Positions 24,451 through 38,000 of a DNA stretch of 64,000 nucleotides are shown in pieces. Source of the DNA: Anolis carolinensis (taxonomy: Eukaryota); assembly GCF_035594765.1 (NCBI RefSeq), contig NC_085843.1:135695971-135759970 (forward strand), read 5' to 3'. The position numbers were made by a program, and so were the translations under genes. Position 1 is the stretch's first letter; every line of letters begins with the position of its first letter. Under the pieces are notes generated by a model that saw only the letters and a program-made list of their open reading frames with translations, did no database searches and was not told the origin of the DNA.

Positions 24451-25270
24451 ATTGTTGATGTTGTGTTCCTTGAAGTCATTTCTGATTAATGGCCACCTTA
24501 AGATAAATTTATTCAGAGAGAGATTTGCCTGTGGCTTACTGTGACACTGAAAGACTGTGATTTGTGCAAAATCACCCAGTGGGTTTCCTTTTGTTTTCTT
24601 TTTTTTTGGTATAAATTTTTATTATGATAGATGAAAAAAAGAAACATACAAACTTTGAAATTCAACAATCCAAATACACATATTATTTCCTCAGTTCCAC
24701 CACTGCCCCATTTTCAACCATGAACCACCACCCATGACTTTCGATACCACACTATATGGAACTACCATCTAACAAAAATCTTTCCTTATAAATCCTTATA
24801 AATGCTAATAAATCCCCCATTCGACTATTTCAATATTGATTTTTGTCTTCTTTTTTAAATACCTAAATGCCAGTCTCCATTTTCTAGTGAAATCTTCTTT
24901 CCTTCCCATATGCCATTAGAGATCTTGGCCATTTGAATATAATCTACTAATTTTCTTTTCCAATCCTTAACAAGTAGTTTTTTTTCCCTTCCAAGATTTT
25001 GCTGTTTGGTGGAATTGTATGGTGGTAATTTTTTTTGGAAAAAGATGACTATAGAAACCAACAAAATGATTAATAAGAAGATTAAGAAAAACCCAGAAAT
25101 GTGCTAATTGGATTTATTTCAGGAGATAATTGACAAAGAAGATGTTATGGCAGTGAGAACCACAACAGCAAAATCTTGGACCTAGTAGATTTCCATTGCC
25201 AAGAAGCATTTGAATTTTGGTATCTTAGCACCCAAGTCCAACACTCAAATCACTATACCATTCTGTCTCT
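24451..25270 (-). mobile_element. tRNA/CORE-type SINE interrupted by an L1 insertion
   Basis: SINE pieces 24451-24588 and 25181-25270 are colinear with other copies (gtgatttgtgcaaaatcacccagtgggtttcc | attgcc...tttgaa...caaatcactatacca). Confidence 0.7.
24589..25180 (-). mobile_element. L1-clade LINE 3' end with 5' inversion
   Basis: Poly(A) tail (T-run 24589-24607) and minus-strand ORF2 end (DWKRKLVDYIQMAKI). Inverted plus-strand segment 25007-25180 (WWNC...FW...KIKKNPEMC). 14-bp TSD cccagtgggtttcc / cctagtagatttcc. Confidence 0.8.
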
Positions 25271-28220
25271 TCATAATGCTTCTTCATACAAGACATAATT
25301 CCGGGCCAAAGTCTTCATTTGTACAGAGGAGCTCCATGCAGTTATAATTGCACATATATGTCTATTTTTAGCACAAGTTTCAGAAATGGAATTTTTCATT
25401 GTGCCACAGAAGCCCCTCCAGTATGCAGATATCATACTAGAACCCCTTTATTTCTGGACAATGTGATGAAACTTCATTGAACTGTCAAGCAGGGGAGATT
25501 AGAAACATGAAGGTAGAAATATGGTTCAACTGTGAATGGAGGAAGAAAAGTCAAATGACACATTTTTTAAAAATAAAGGGATTTGTTGATTCCAGCATAC
25601 ATACATAACTTTCATACATTGTTTTCACATATTCTCTGCTTATTACATGGAACAAAATAATCCATGCACAGTTTGTGAAGGTTATACGGTGGGGAATAAT
25701 TACAGACAAGCTGCAGAGCAGACAATGGAATGGATGTGATGAGAAGGCAAATGGATAATTAGAAAAGAAAGAGGAAAGATGAAAACTATGTGATGGGGAT
25801 AGGAAAATCAAAACAGGGTGTTGCAAAGCTTAAGGGAAAAACAACTATCCCAAATGCTTTTTCTATTCCATGGGATGAAGTCCTTGAAAGGTGACTGGAG
25901 AGGGCTTTTACTAGACATTTCCAAGAACCCTCCGTTTCCTCATGGAAACACAAGAAAACCATGAGAGAAGAGTTGGAACACTTAGTATCTAATAATGAAA
26001 TTAACACCCTGGAAAATATTCTTCCCAGGACTTGTGTTTCGGACAGTGCTGAACATTCTCTCAACAGCACCCAAGGGTTTGAATCTTATTTGCAGTTCAA
26101 TTGCTACAGTAAGCTCATTGGATCAATAAATCATAATCAATGTTTATGTAAGTTCAATTGATTTTAAGGCTCTGCTTTAGTTAGGACTGGGAAGATGATT
26201 AAGGTCCAGGAAGTTTGGCATATGTGGAACATGGTCATATCGAGGAACACTACATTTTCAAGGGATTTCTACTGGCCATCAGATAACTAAAGAAGTATTT
26301 CTAAGGAAAATGACACCCAGTGCATAATACAAATGTGCATTATACTGAACACCTTCAGAGCCACAACTGTAGAATAGCTTTTGCCCAACAATGTGTTGAT
26401 GTTGGTGCAAGTCTGAAAGCCTCCAAATAATGAAAAAGCAGTGTAACTGGACATAAAACACATTTTAGTTTGTCACATTTCCTTTTGGGTTTTTTTTAAA
26501 GTCATGATCACTAGGACTATTAAAATAACCGCAGCCATTTGTATTTTGCATTACAGGAAGCTCAAATGAGATTATTTACTTACCTTACTTTAGAAAGAGT
26601 CATCCTTATTTTTTTCTAATCGAGCTACTGAGGTCTCCTCCTGCATGTATTTTATGTACTAATATCAAATAAGCTATAATCCTCTTATGCTCAAGTCCAC
26701 ACAGCATATCAAATGCCCTTTTATATTTCTTTTACATCCCTTGCTTTAAACAGTAATGTGTTAAATGATATATAAATCAAAAAATAACATTTGTTTGATG
26801 TAAATGAATCCACAGTAATTTCCCATATATGTGCTTGAAATGTGAAAGAGGGAAAAAGCAAATACTTGGCTGACATTCAGAGCCTCTGATAAGGCTGTGA
26901 CGTTTGTATGAGACCAGAATGCTAAAAGAAAGAGCTTAAGTGTACTATGACATTCTGTAAAATATCTCAAAATGCAAATTCTTTATACTTTTCATATATA
27001 CTGTTCATTTCATGACTTACGGGTGCAGTGACCTATATGTCAACCAGAGGATTAGAGACAGGAGGTTTTAAGAAAAAAGTCTATCTCCCTGTTATAAAGT
27101 GGTGGCTTGTGGTCCTTGTCAGTCAGGAGGTTTTAATATGAATTTTAAAAGAACTTCTCAAATGCTGAACTCAATCCTCAAGATAGGTTCAACATCTTGT
27201 ATCATTCATCTAAACTTGGAAAGCATCATCTACAACTCATGCAAGGTAGCAGCTGAAGTTGCCTGGCAATGGAAATGTGTGGAAAAGTGGTCAGTGAAGC
27301 TATGAGATTTAGTTGCTCAAGGTAGGGAAATGGTCCAGGACTTTCTACCCTCCCATCTTAGTGCAGCTTTCCTGTACAAAACAGTTACTGAGAAAGGTTC
27401 AGGGTAGATAATGTGGCTTAGATTTAGATTCAATGTTTGTACCGGCTATATGTGCTAATAACAGTGTACATTCAAGCAAATTAGTATTCACCTTTTAATA
27501 AGGGTCAGTGTTATTATAATGTTGAAAAGTCGGCATGGGTAACACTATCAGCATTATTTTTGCCTGTGCTGTCACACTTTCAAAATTCAAGCCCTTCTCT
27601 TAACCTTAAGAGAGTGAGAATCTACCAGTTTTCTTCTCATGTTGTATTTAAAAATTGTGCAAGCATTCTTGTACTTTCAATGTTTTTTTTTTCTCTTCCC
27701 ATCTGGATTTTTAAAAAACATTAGGAAAAAAACTACACAATTCCCTAATATATCCATTCAGAACAGATCTTTTCCCCTTATAGATTCCCCCCTCCTCCTT
27801 GAAATGCATCACAACTTTGGGTAGTAATAGGTAGGATACATTCTATTCTGTTACAAGTTTCAGGAAGTGTGAACCTTATTTCTGTATGAAAATGTGAGTT
27901 CTCCAAATTATTTTTCTTTCCTTAATCCTCTTTAGCATAACTAGGTGGGAGCCAAATGGCTCAGAATAAGAACAAGCTTGTTAAGAATAATTCTCAGATA
28001 TCAAATCTTTCAACAGATAGAATTGAATAATATGTTCAACAAATAGCATGGATAATAACAGTCGTCATAGTTACTAAAGCTAAAATAGATAAACAGACAG
28101 ACTGTTATCCATAGGGACTTCCTGACTATAATCTAACTTCTATCAGAAAAGGAAAGTTATCACATTTATTTGTAGCAACATTACTCTACTTGGATGAGGC
28201 TATGGGACCCTTTCACATTA

Positions 28221-28421
28221 TTGTTGCTGTTGATAGCTTTGATATCATTCCCCACTTATGGTTTTTTTAAAGCAAGATTTGCTCAAAGGGTTTTTTCTTT
28301 CTTTCTCTGAGACTGAAGCTCTGAGTTTCACAGGTTCACACAATGGGTTTCCATGGATGAGCAGGGATTCAAAAGCTAGTCTCCCAGAGTTATAGTTTAA
28401 TGAACAAACCATTATACCATG
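28221..28421 (-). mobile_element. Decayed tRNA/CORE-type SINE
   Basis: gggtttccatgg...gggattcaaa (reverse B-box-like)...aaaccattataccat; same family as 20070. Confidence 0.6.
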
Positions 28422-31094
28422 TTAATTAGAGAGTTACTCTACACTCTGCAGCAAAATATTTCCACTTTCTGTGTCATGACATCATCCTGGGAGTTGTAGT
28501 TTGGAGACACACTAGAGCTCCCTGGTCATAGATTCTAAATTCTAAAAATCCCACAACTGCCTTGAAAGTTAAACTGCTAAAAATTAGGACTTTGAAAGGC
28601 AACTCTCCCTTTATTTTCTTTTAAATATGTGTTTTCTGTTATTTCCACACAATCCCGTAAACAGCTGTGAGTTCCTGAATAATTTTTTTTCAACTCATCT
28701 AGAATGACATGTATTTCTATTATCTCTCTGTGTGTCAACTGTTTGACAAAATACACACACACACATACACATACATACACACAACCCTAGGTCAATTTAT
28801 CCATGAGTCAGTATAAGTACTGTATATTAACCCTTATTATTATTTTTTTTTAAAAAAATCCATATCCTTGTCTCTATTTTCCCATAGCCTTTTGCAAGAA
28901 AATGGTGGTGGCCACTGGTTCCCTGGGAAGGTGCTTGCACTGGATTTGAGGGCCCTGTGCTGAATCCTAACACTTTATCCTTGGCATATCTACAGATCAT
29001 ATAAAAACACTAAATTTGGGTCTCAAAACATTCTTTCAATCTATATGTAAGATTAATTGATACATGAATGTAACTGATATATATGTAACTGTCTGATACA
29101 TATATATTAATTCAATCTCAACCTATTTTACCTTTTCTGATGTCCAGTGTACTTGCTTGTCTTCAATGAGTTTACCCACCATATTTTTAACACAAAATTA
29201 ATTGTGTCTTAGCTTGTCATAGCCCCTGAGGCTCAAGAGATCAATCAAGAAGAACTAAACAGCTATATATAGTTTGTCAGCTCAATTCACCAACCTAATT
29301 TTTGCAGTAATGAGACATGCAACATCACCTTAGTTGAAGATATCAGATTCTGAGTGGGCTCATACAAGAAGAAGGACTTTTTATTAGCTATCTTGGTCCC
29401 ATGCTGTTTAGTGCTTGGTATGTCAAACCAAACTCTAGAATTGACTTGGGAACAAATTGGAAACCAGTGTGATGCATTTCTTACTTCTCAATAAATACAG
29501 TTTCCCAAATGAGTTTGCACCTGTCTCTGTGCAGCAACTTTTGGTAATATCATCATTCCATTCTTTTTATGCATGCATCAATGATTGCTGCAGCTAAGAA
29601 AGAATTTTATGTGAAGTTAATTTGGTTAATCTCTATATATCTATAGATATATGGGTTATGTAGATATCTATAATATCTATAATTTGGTTAATCTTGCTTA
29701 CACAAGGTTCCACAGATGTTATTGAACTATAATCTCCATCCTTCATAATCATTATGATGAACAGTCAGTGATGTTGAGAACTGTAATCTAATAATGTCTG
29801 TGAGCTCAGAAAATATATCCTCTAGAATAATGTCAACTGAAGATTTTGCAGAATTCTCTTTCAGAGATTTCCATAGTTTTCCTGTCTCAACTTCTGTGGT
29901 TCAAAATAATTTTTTGTACACAAAGCATTGACTTTTTAAAAGTTTTTAAGCATCCTTGATTGCATTTAGTCATAGACAAAATATTATTGATAGCACAACT
30001 TAATATACACTGGGGATTATGTAGAGTAGAAATATTTATTTCACACCAGTGAGTATGTTTCTTTTCACTCTTTGTTTAGACAAATTAAAATATTACACAT
30101 CCAGGGATAGGTGAAAAAAGAAAGATGATTTGACTGAAAGACTGTCTTCAGATATAATGACTTTCCTAGTGAGCGGAAAGTAAGAGTGCTTCATATTTCT
30201 AGGTTCAAGCTCCCATTTTGAATATTACTAAAAGTGCAAAAAAAGAAGAAGTGTGAGTAGTCATACTTTCCATTCAGAAAATACAATATCAAGTATACAG
30301 CTATGACTTCATGACAAGTTATACAGAGAACACGTTTAAACCTCCTAACATTCAACTGCTACTGGTTTTGCCACTGGTTTTGATGGGAGCAGAACTTCAG
30401 TGTTAAGTTTAATGTTCTGGAAAAACGTGATTGCTTCTAAGTAAAGTGAAGGAAAAAAATCTTCTATTTTTAGCAGCTGTATATTCTTCTAATCTTTAAC
30501 CTTTTTGACCAGCTGCCTGGTCAGAGTTTCTGCCTCTCCACCATATACTTCAGGTGCAATGGTTTATGATCATTTTTTTTAGCTCAAAGGCCTTACAGTA
30601 TTCATTATCCTATTACTCCAAAGACTCTTGGACTTTCAAACAGTATATTGTTTCATCTGATGCATGATCTGAGGAGTAAATGTGCTCATCTCTATTCCCA
30701 GTACAATAGGTACCAATTCCTATATTTCCCCACATCCTCCTGAATAGCCCTGAAGAACAATTTCCACTCCAAAGAACAAAGTATGACACCTGACCCTTTG
30801 ATTGCACTTCCCATCCTAGTTGACCTGTGGGACCAAGAAAATGGGACCAAACATTGAACATTAGTTATACTTCGTGACATGTGTTAGACTTGGGTCAAGT
30901 TCCCATGGCGTAAAAAGATGAAATTTCTATTTTATGTTATTTTATTCCCTTTCCCACACACTTTTACATACTTTATATTTATATCTAAATTTAGGATCCA
31001 CTACCAAACCAGATATATCAGACTTTGAATCCTACTGGTAATATTGTCTCTCCTTCATCTCTTATCCTACAGCCATTCCACCAGGGTGAAAAGG

Positions 31095-31298
31095 TTGCCG
31101 TTATGTGCCTTCAAGTCATTTCCAATCCATGGGATTTCTAAGATGAACCTATCATGAGATTTATTTATTTTTTGGCAGGATTTGTTCAGGACGGCTGTGC
31201 CGTTGACCTCCTCTGGAACTGAGAGAGTGGGTTTCCATGCTGAGTAGCAAATTGATTTCTAGAGTCAGTCCAGTGTTCAAACCAATACTCTATGCTGG
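31095..31298 (-). mobile_element. Decayed tRNA/CORE-type SINE
   Basis: gtgccttcaagtcatttcc...gaacctatcatg...gtgggtttccatg...caaaccaatac. Confidence 0.6.
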
Positions 31299-33390
31299 AT
31301 CAGGCTGAAGAGGAAGAAAAAATAAGTTACATCATCATCCCCCCGAAAAGCTATCTTCATGCCACCAAACTGTCACTGTGTGGATGTGATAACTTTTAAA
31401 ACTTTTCATTGGGTTTTCTTATTTCTTTATTATTATTTACCCATAGGTGTTACTCATAGATAAGCCACTCTGAGAGCCTTTTCTGACACAAGACAAAACA
31501 TAACCTCTATAATAATAATTTGTGAGGGCCTAATGGATTTAGGACTTGCATTTAATTTGCTTAAATGGAGAGCTCTATTGTTAATTATCATACGGCTATG
31601 AAGGATCAGGTTTCAGCGGGCTGCAGCAGGTCAGTACATTTTTCAAGGCAAAGGTTTGTACTAAGGTATCTTTTTTCCCTACTACGCTGCCTTTGAAAGT
31701 TTGATTATATTGGGAACTCAACCAATTAAGCTGATCTAACTCCATTGTGGTAAAATGTTGAAGATTGTAGTTTTCAGATGTTCTATTTGCTAATCAGTGC
31801 ACATACATATATACAGATTTATGATGGCTATTTATTTGTTTGTTTTGCTGGCATTGCCCAACTTTCACCTCCTTTTTAAAGCAGAAAGACCTTGACGTGC
31901 ATTCATTTGGTGGCTATTATCTTTCCTCTGCCCATGCTCTTACAATAAGAGTATCTAGTGCTTGATCACCATGTTGCTTTGCAATCTGAATTTTTCTGAA
32001 CTTACATATATCACACAAGAGTACTTCAAAAGTTAACTAAACTTATATAAAAATAGGGGCATTAATAATGTAAAGTCCTTTAAAATATTAGGAAATAAGA
32101 ACTAAAGTGCACACAAAGAAATATATGTGTTTTAAAATAAGAACAGCTAAAAGTGAAAAAAATGAGGAAAATGTACAATTGAGAAAAATGTATAGATAAA
32201 TTTACATATTAGGGAAAGCGTCAGTCTGATACAAAATAATGCAGATGAGATTCAGAGATACAGAATGGAATAGACCAAAATTTCAAGTTCTTATATGGAC
32301 ATATTTATAACTGTTTAAAATTCTGTTTTGCCAAACCTTCCCATTAGACTCAGTCATTCAAAAGTACTCAGTAACAGTCTAAAACTTACCGAGGTTTTAA
32401 AAAGTGTAGCAAAAGATGGGACTATGACATTGGAAGAACTAGATTCGGTGTGTTACAGGTTAGAATATGTATTTTTCCCATCTGGTAAAAACAGGACCTA
32501 ATAATAATGTGCAGAACAGAACTAATAATGTGCATGCACAAATGAAACCTTGCAAAATTTACAAAAAAATCAGTGCAAACAATAAGTGCTTTGCTGATCA
32601 GGCAAGTGCTGAATAAGCACTCAAAGGCTAGTGATATGATAATGTCTTTTAACAATGTGTCAGACTCATCACATTAATTACATAATCAAATTATGGGAAA
32701 AGAAGTGATATGTACTATGCACCTCTTGGATCTTCCCAAAGCTTAACAAAGCATACTTCTTTTACAAAATAAGTTAGGCTCATCCAGCTGCTATCTTCTC
32801 CAGAGCATAATCCTAAGGGTAAAATGAATTGGATGAATGTTTAGGCATACCTGATCTAGAGTTGAAAAAAAAATGCTAGTGAAGCTTCCTGAGATCCATA
32901 TAGAAACCAAATATACCTTTCCTTGGAAATTAACACCTTTGCATGTTTTGTGGAGTGTGTTGGAGAAATTCAACTTGCACAACACCTAATTCCATTTCCA
33001 AATGAAAAAGTACGTATGGATAATCTTTAGTCAATAAGAAAAATTGGCACAAAGTTGATACATTATGCACTGCTCCTGCATTATGTGTCTAAAGCCTGCG
33101 AGTCTGTTTCTGGACACAATTCACATTTGTTATTGTTTATGCTGTTGTATTTTTAAAAGTCGGAAAACCTTTTAAAATGTAATGTTCTTGAGGAAAAAGT
33201 TATACAAGTGTTGTAAATTTTTGACAGGACTGTTTTAAAATGTGTTTTAGACATATGATATAAATTGTTTTACAAGTAAGCATGGTTTAGTTCTATTCCA
33301 GTGTTGAAATCTGTATGTTTTTAGCAATATAGTACTTCTTTAAAATTGTAAATTACATTGGGTTCAAATTTTAGGGGAAAGGCATTAATA

Positions 33391-33545
33391 TGTTGTTGAA
33401 GGCTTCCACAGCCGGAATCACAGGGTTCTTCTTGCCATGGCCAGAAGTATTCTCTCCTGATGTTTCACCCACATCTATGGCAGGCATCCTCAGAGATTGT
33501 ATGGTATATACATGGCCATACAGCCCGGAAAACACACAACAACCC
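33391..33545 (-). mobile_element. Short Penelope pseudo-LTR insertion with an inverted segment
   Basis: Perfect 13-bp TSD aaaggcattaata (33378-90, 33546-58). Sequence is shared with the 43008 and 60454 copies; 33510-33545 is in the opposite orientation. Confidence 0.85.
33456..33495 (-). ncRNA. Minimal hammerhead ribozyme core of Penelope (CpG-decayed)
   Basis: Minus-strand RNA CUGAGGA-UGCCUGC-CAUAGAU-GUGGGU-GAAA-CAUC-AGG fits CUGANGA / stem II / GAAA / NUH. Confidence 0.7.
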
Positions 33546-34482
33546 AAAGGCATTAATAGTCCTGTTTTAAGTGTACATAAATCTAGTTGAGGCCAATTTT
33601 TCTTCCTCTGTGTTTCAGCTGCTGTGTGTGCAGAATTTATGCTTTTAAGCATAAATCATTAAGAAGAAGATTTTTTTAAAAATCTATTTTTTTCAAGCAA
33701 CACTAGTCAATGACTTTGGTGGTATGAATATATTGCCATCTAAGATATTAAGCTCTCTAAGTGCACGAAACATAGCTTGATTGCAGTTCCCGCAGATCTC
33801 TGAAAATAAAAGATTGAAATGCTTTGAGTTTTCAGCTTCATTACATTGCCAATTTGAGACCTGGGTATATTTAGCAGAAATGCATTGCAACATCTAATGA
33901 GATGCCAGAAATGGAAGAGACGACTCTGAAGTTTCTGAAGGCACAGACTGTAGTGTATGAGATATTTTCCTTACATAACAAAAGCTTTAAAGTCTCCTTC
34001 TCCCGTGGAACAAATGTAGCCCTGTATTTTTATTTAAGCTAACACTAGTTGGGGTCCAGGACAATTCTAATGACATTCACGTTACACTAAATAGGCTAAG
34101 GCAATGGTCTCTATCCCCAAAGTATAATTTTGTTCTATTCAATGCTTGTATTTATGTGGCTGTTAAAAATCCTTTCCCAGTCCTGCAGCATGTTACAACA
34201 CTAGAATGGGAAAAATGGCAAATATCATAACAGCTTAGAAATCCATAAAATGCAATGCTCATCCAGAAGAGAGTAACTGTTGTTTTTGACAAAGGAAAAA
34301 AAACATTGGGTTCATAATTGCACTAGAGCTGGATGTTTATTGCTTGTTTAGATGAAGACATTCAGCACTACTCTTTCTTTGAACTGGAATTAATTCCTAT
34401 TTAAAATTATAACTAGATTATCCAAATGAGCTAGTAAGTCATTGTGAGAACTACTAGGACCATGAAAGGATATTACCACAGA

Positions 34483-35090
34483 CATCATCATCATACGCAC
34501 TCACTTATGGCCGAGTATGATTGTCTTCCAAGAGTAGAGTCTTGGCAGAGAATCCAGAAATGACTGTGGAGACCTACGACCTCATCACACCTCATAGAAA
34601 TTTCAGTGTCCTAAGATACTTCTGCCCCAGTTGAGCCACAGAACCCCACACTGCCCATCACATGATGTAGTCTCATTTCCAATGGGCTCCATTACTCAAC
34701 TGGGGCAGAAGCATCCTAAGACACTGCACTGCCAACATGGGAGCCTCCTCATGTTCCATTTGGAACAATGGGGCTGCCACAGGGGAAGCTGTATGGTGAT
34801 GCTTCCCAATGTGTGATGGATAAGCATCTGCTGGTGGTGAAGTGGAATGTTGGAATTACCTCATTGCCCCCCAATTTTCTATGGAGGCTGGCAAATCAAT
34901 ACAGAGGACCTTATCACATTGTGATGAGTTTCCTATTCTGGATCCGCATGGTCTTTCACAATGAGGACAGACATTTCCAGATGGAAGGCAGTCCCAACAA
35001 GGATTTGCCTGACATGCCTTCACTTGGCATGTTCCTTCTTTTCACTCTCTGTTTATGCCTCTTCAAAATACATAGCACTCTTGGTAACAT
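34483..35090 (-). mobile_element. RTE-clade LINE 3' end, interrupted by a MITE
   Basis: (CAT)n tail at 34483. Joining 34933+ to 34576 on the minus strand gives C-G-S-R-I-G-L-H-S-H, an RTE C-terminal zinc-finger-like motif. Confidence 0.7.
34577..34932. mobile_element. Harbinger-like MITE nested in the RTE fragment
   Basis: TIR ctcatcaca / tgtgatgag, 3-bp TSD cta. Confidence 0.5.
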
Positions 35091-36444
35091 AAAACAGTCA
35101 GAAACAAGTCAAGAATCAGGCTTTATTTCTGGGGATCAGAATAAAGATACAAAGCAGTTAGTCAAACCAGGAGGTAGGGGGAAGTAGGAAGAAACCAGGA
35201 TCAGAAATCAAAGGATACAATGGTGGGCATACAGGAAGACCATGAGTTTAAATATAATCTTTCCTGTGCAGGTTCATCCAATGGCCAGCTAAAATATTCA
35301 TGCATTTGTGTTTTTAGAAGAGTCTGGAGATGGAATCATTTTCTGAAACATGCCAAATATAATAAATAATGCAAGCTTTTTAAGAAGCGTTTTCATCATT
35401 GCACATTTTGTGTGATGGTGTGTTGGAGATCAATTTTGTCAATTGTATAAACTATTAAAATGAAGAATCCATATGTTTTGTATACTACCAGGACAACTGC
35501 ATACAAATTCAACAAGCACTTAACACTCCTAAGAAGCTGAACTCGAGTGGAAACTAGGCATATTTGTCTCTTGCACAAATGCACACTTCTTTTTTGTTAA
35601 CTCTACATATAAAATGTGTTTGTGAGTGCTAGATACTGATCAGTTAGATTAATGTGCATAGTCATTTGCCTTATACAGCAGATACATGAGTTCAAAGTGA
35701 ACATCAATGTGATCATGTCTAATATTTTCAGACCAAAACACAGAACTGTGTGATGCTATATCTTTTAAATCATGTTTACAAGATGTTAAAAGAAGAAACT
35801 TAAATATGTGCTTTGCACAGAGTTTTGGTAAGGATCATGAAGTCATCACTGACAGAAGTAATATTGTCTCCTTTTGTTGATCCGAATTATGTGCAAGAAA
35901 AGTAAACTGCAGTTTTAGGCTTCACATTATGAGATGACTCTAAGTACAAATATTTTTTAAAAGGTTAAATAAATGCGCACACACTGTTGTTGGCTTTAGG
36001 CCTCAATCACTACATCAAACAATAAATAAGTTTATTTGATCTCTCAGTATTTCCAAATACTGATGGAAAGATGACAAAATGGCATGGACATTCCTCTTCA
36101 TGGGAAGTATAATGCAGTTGTTTCTTTAATCATGAACACAAATGTATATATTCAACAGAATTGCTTGGAAAGATGGATATATTTCTGAAAATAATGTTTT
36201 AAATGGATTATGGCAGTTTCTACACTGGCTCAAAGATTGACTCTGATGGTGGCTACACAAACTGGGCTAAACCCTCTGTGATACTGTGTTGGTGTCCAGA
36301 CGGTCCAGCTGGGCTGAGATATTCAGTCCTGCTAGGTGTCATCTTGTCACTGCTGACACTCCCTGTCATACATGGAGTTCTTGGAAAACACTTGACAGCC
36401 ACAGACATGTCCACTGAGGTCATAACAGACTTATGGCTGATCAC

Positions 36445-36445
<1 letters not shown>

Positions 36446-36480
<35 letters not shown>

Positions 36481-36518
36481 CTCTATTTATAACCCACCCT
36501 ATCTCCCCAAGGGGAGTC
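36446..36518 (-). mobile_element. (CAA)n microsatellite plus L2-type 3'-terminal scrap
   Basis: (caa)n followed by tatttataacccaccctatctcccc, similar to the 61811 copy. Confidence 0.55.
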
Positions 36519-36808
36519 AACAGATGTGATCACAATTGCCAGGTGCTTGTAGGGAGCTTTGGGACTGTCATGGGAAAATGGTGGTGACATGAGAACAAAC
36601 CATTATTTTCCCTTGCACTAATCCGTGAAAGTGATGGTGTCTAGAAGGCTGCAAAACCTGCAGATATAATGGTGTTTTGTTCAGACTATAGAGTATTCCT
36701 CAATTTTGCTTAGTGCAGTTGAAATTTGGATTAATGGGAAAAACCCATTATTACTGGAAGTTCCCATTTGTCATGAAGACTGCCAGCACTGGATTTGGGA
36801 TGAACATA

Positions 36809-38000
36809 CAGAGTGGTCCCTCAAAATTTGTACACTGTATTTACTTGCCAATATTTTTGGAATAAATTTAAATAAAATTTCTATTTCAGGGTGGGAATGT
36901 TTACTATAAGTTTGAAAATATTAACAAGGTACAGTGGCAATGGCAGAGTGAGTTTAGAACACAGTCACCAACATGTCTCACTTTACGTATATTTGGGACA
37001 AATTTGAAATCAACTGTACTGTTGACATTATGAGCAAAAAAAGCTCCAAACAGCCACAGAGAGCAACAACTTTCAGTTACCTCCGCTGTGGTTTTACAAA
37101 AATGTACACGCTCACCACAAAAGTCTGTGAAACACTGTTCACACAAACCCAGAATTAGTCAATCAAGTGTACAAGAAAATTTTGAAAGGTGCAAAGTGAA
37201 AGGCATACATTCCAAGTTTGATGCATGATATGAATGTGGACGGCACAAATCAAAGACTTCAGTACTGTGAGTGGCTTGAAAGCATGGTGCACGATAATGA
37301 GGCCTTTGTAGGGAAGGGTGTCTATTTTGACAACACACAATTCAAACTGAATGGTACTTTAAGTGGCCACAATTCTGGTGTACTTGTCCTCTGAAAAGCC
37401 TCACATTCATCTTGAAAAAGACATTAATTTACTGGGATTTACTGGGTGGTGTGGTTTGTTATCCTAGTATTAGATTGGACCATTCTTCTTTGAAGGCACT
37501 AGTGTGCTGTATCATGATGTGCTTCAAACATTCATTTTACTTGCCATCCAAGAGTTGTATGGGGATGAAAGCTTTAACCTACAAGATGGCGTTCCACCCT
37601 ACTACCACTGAGATGTCAGGGTGTATCTGGATGAAACTCTGCCTGGGTGATTGAAAGGTTGAAGAGGTGCTGTTGAATTTCCACCATGGATCTGGCAACT
37701 CTTATCTTCTACGTATGGGATTCTGTTTATTGGAGGAAACCAGCTACACTGGGTGCTCTACAAGAAAACACTGCAATGTAGTGTGCAGCTATCATCCTGG
37801 ACACATTGCAGAACATAGTTCATAGAGCAGTTTGGTGACTTTGACAGTGTTTGGATGCCAACTACATTTCAAACATCTAATTGCATCCAACATTCAAAGG
37901 TACCTCTCATATCAATTTTACTTTTGTATAAATATAGTAGTTAGGATTATTGAGGAAGATTTTTCATGTCAAAGTGTGTATACATTTTTGGGCTATACTG
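36809..38000 (+). pseudogene. Fossil Tc1/mariner transposon (rosa/DD41D-like transposase), heavily decayed
   Basis: Remnant motifs YKFENI..VQ.QW.SEF.T.SPT (N-terminal HTH), FKLNGT..GHN, IGPFFFEGT and QDGVPPYYH*DVRVYLDETLPG*LKG*RGAVEFPP. TA flanks, with decayed TIRs cagagtggtccctcaaaatttgtacact / agtgtgtatacatttttgggctatactg. Confidence 0.85.

Noticed and set aside
30613-30880. Coding-looking stretch
   Set aside because: Stops in the plus-strand frames, only short minus-strand ORFs, no recognisable domain or splice pair.
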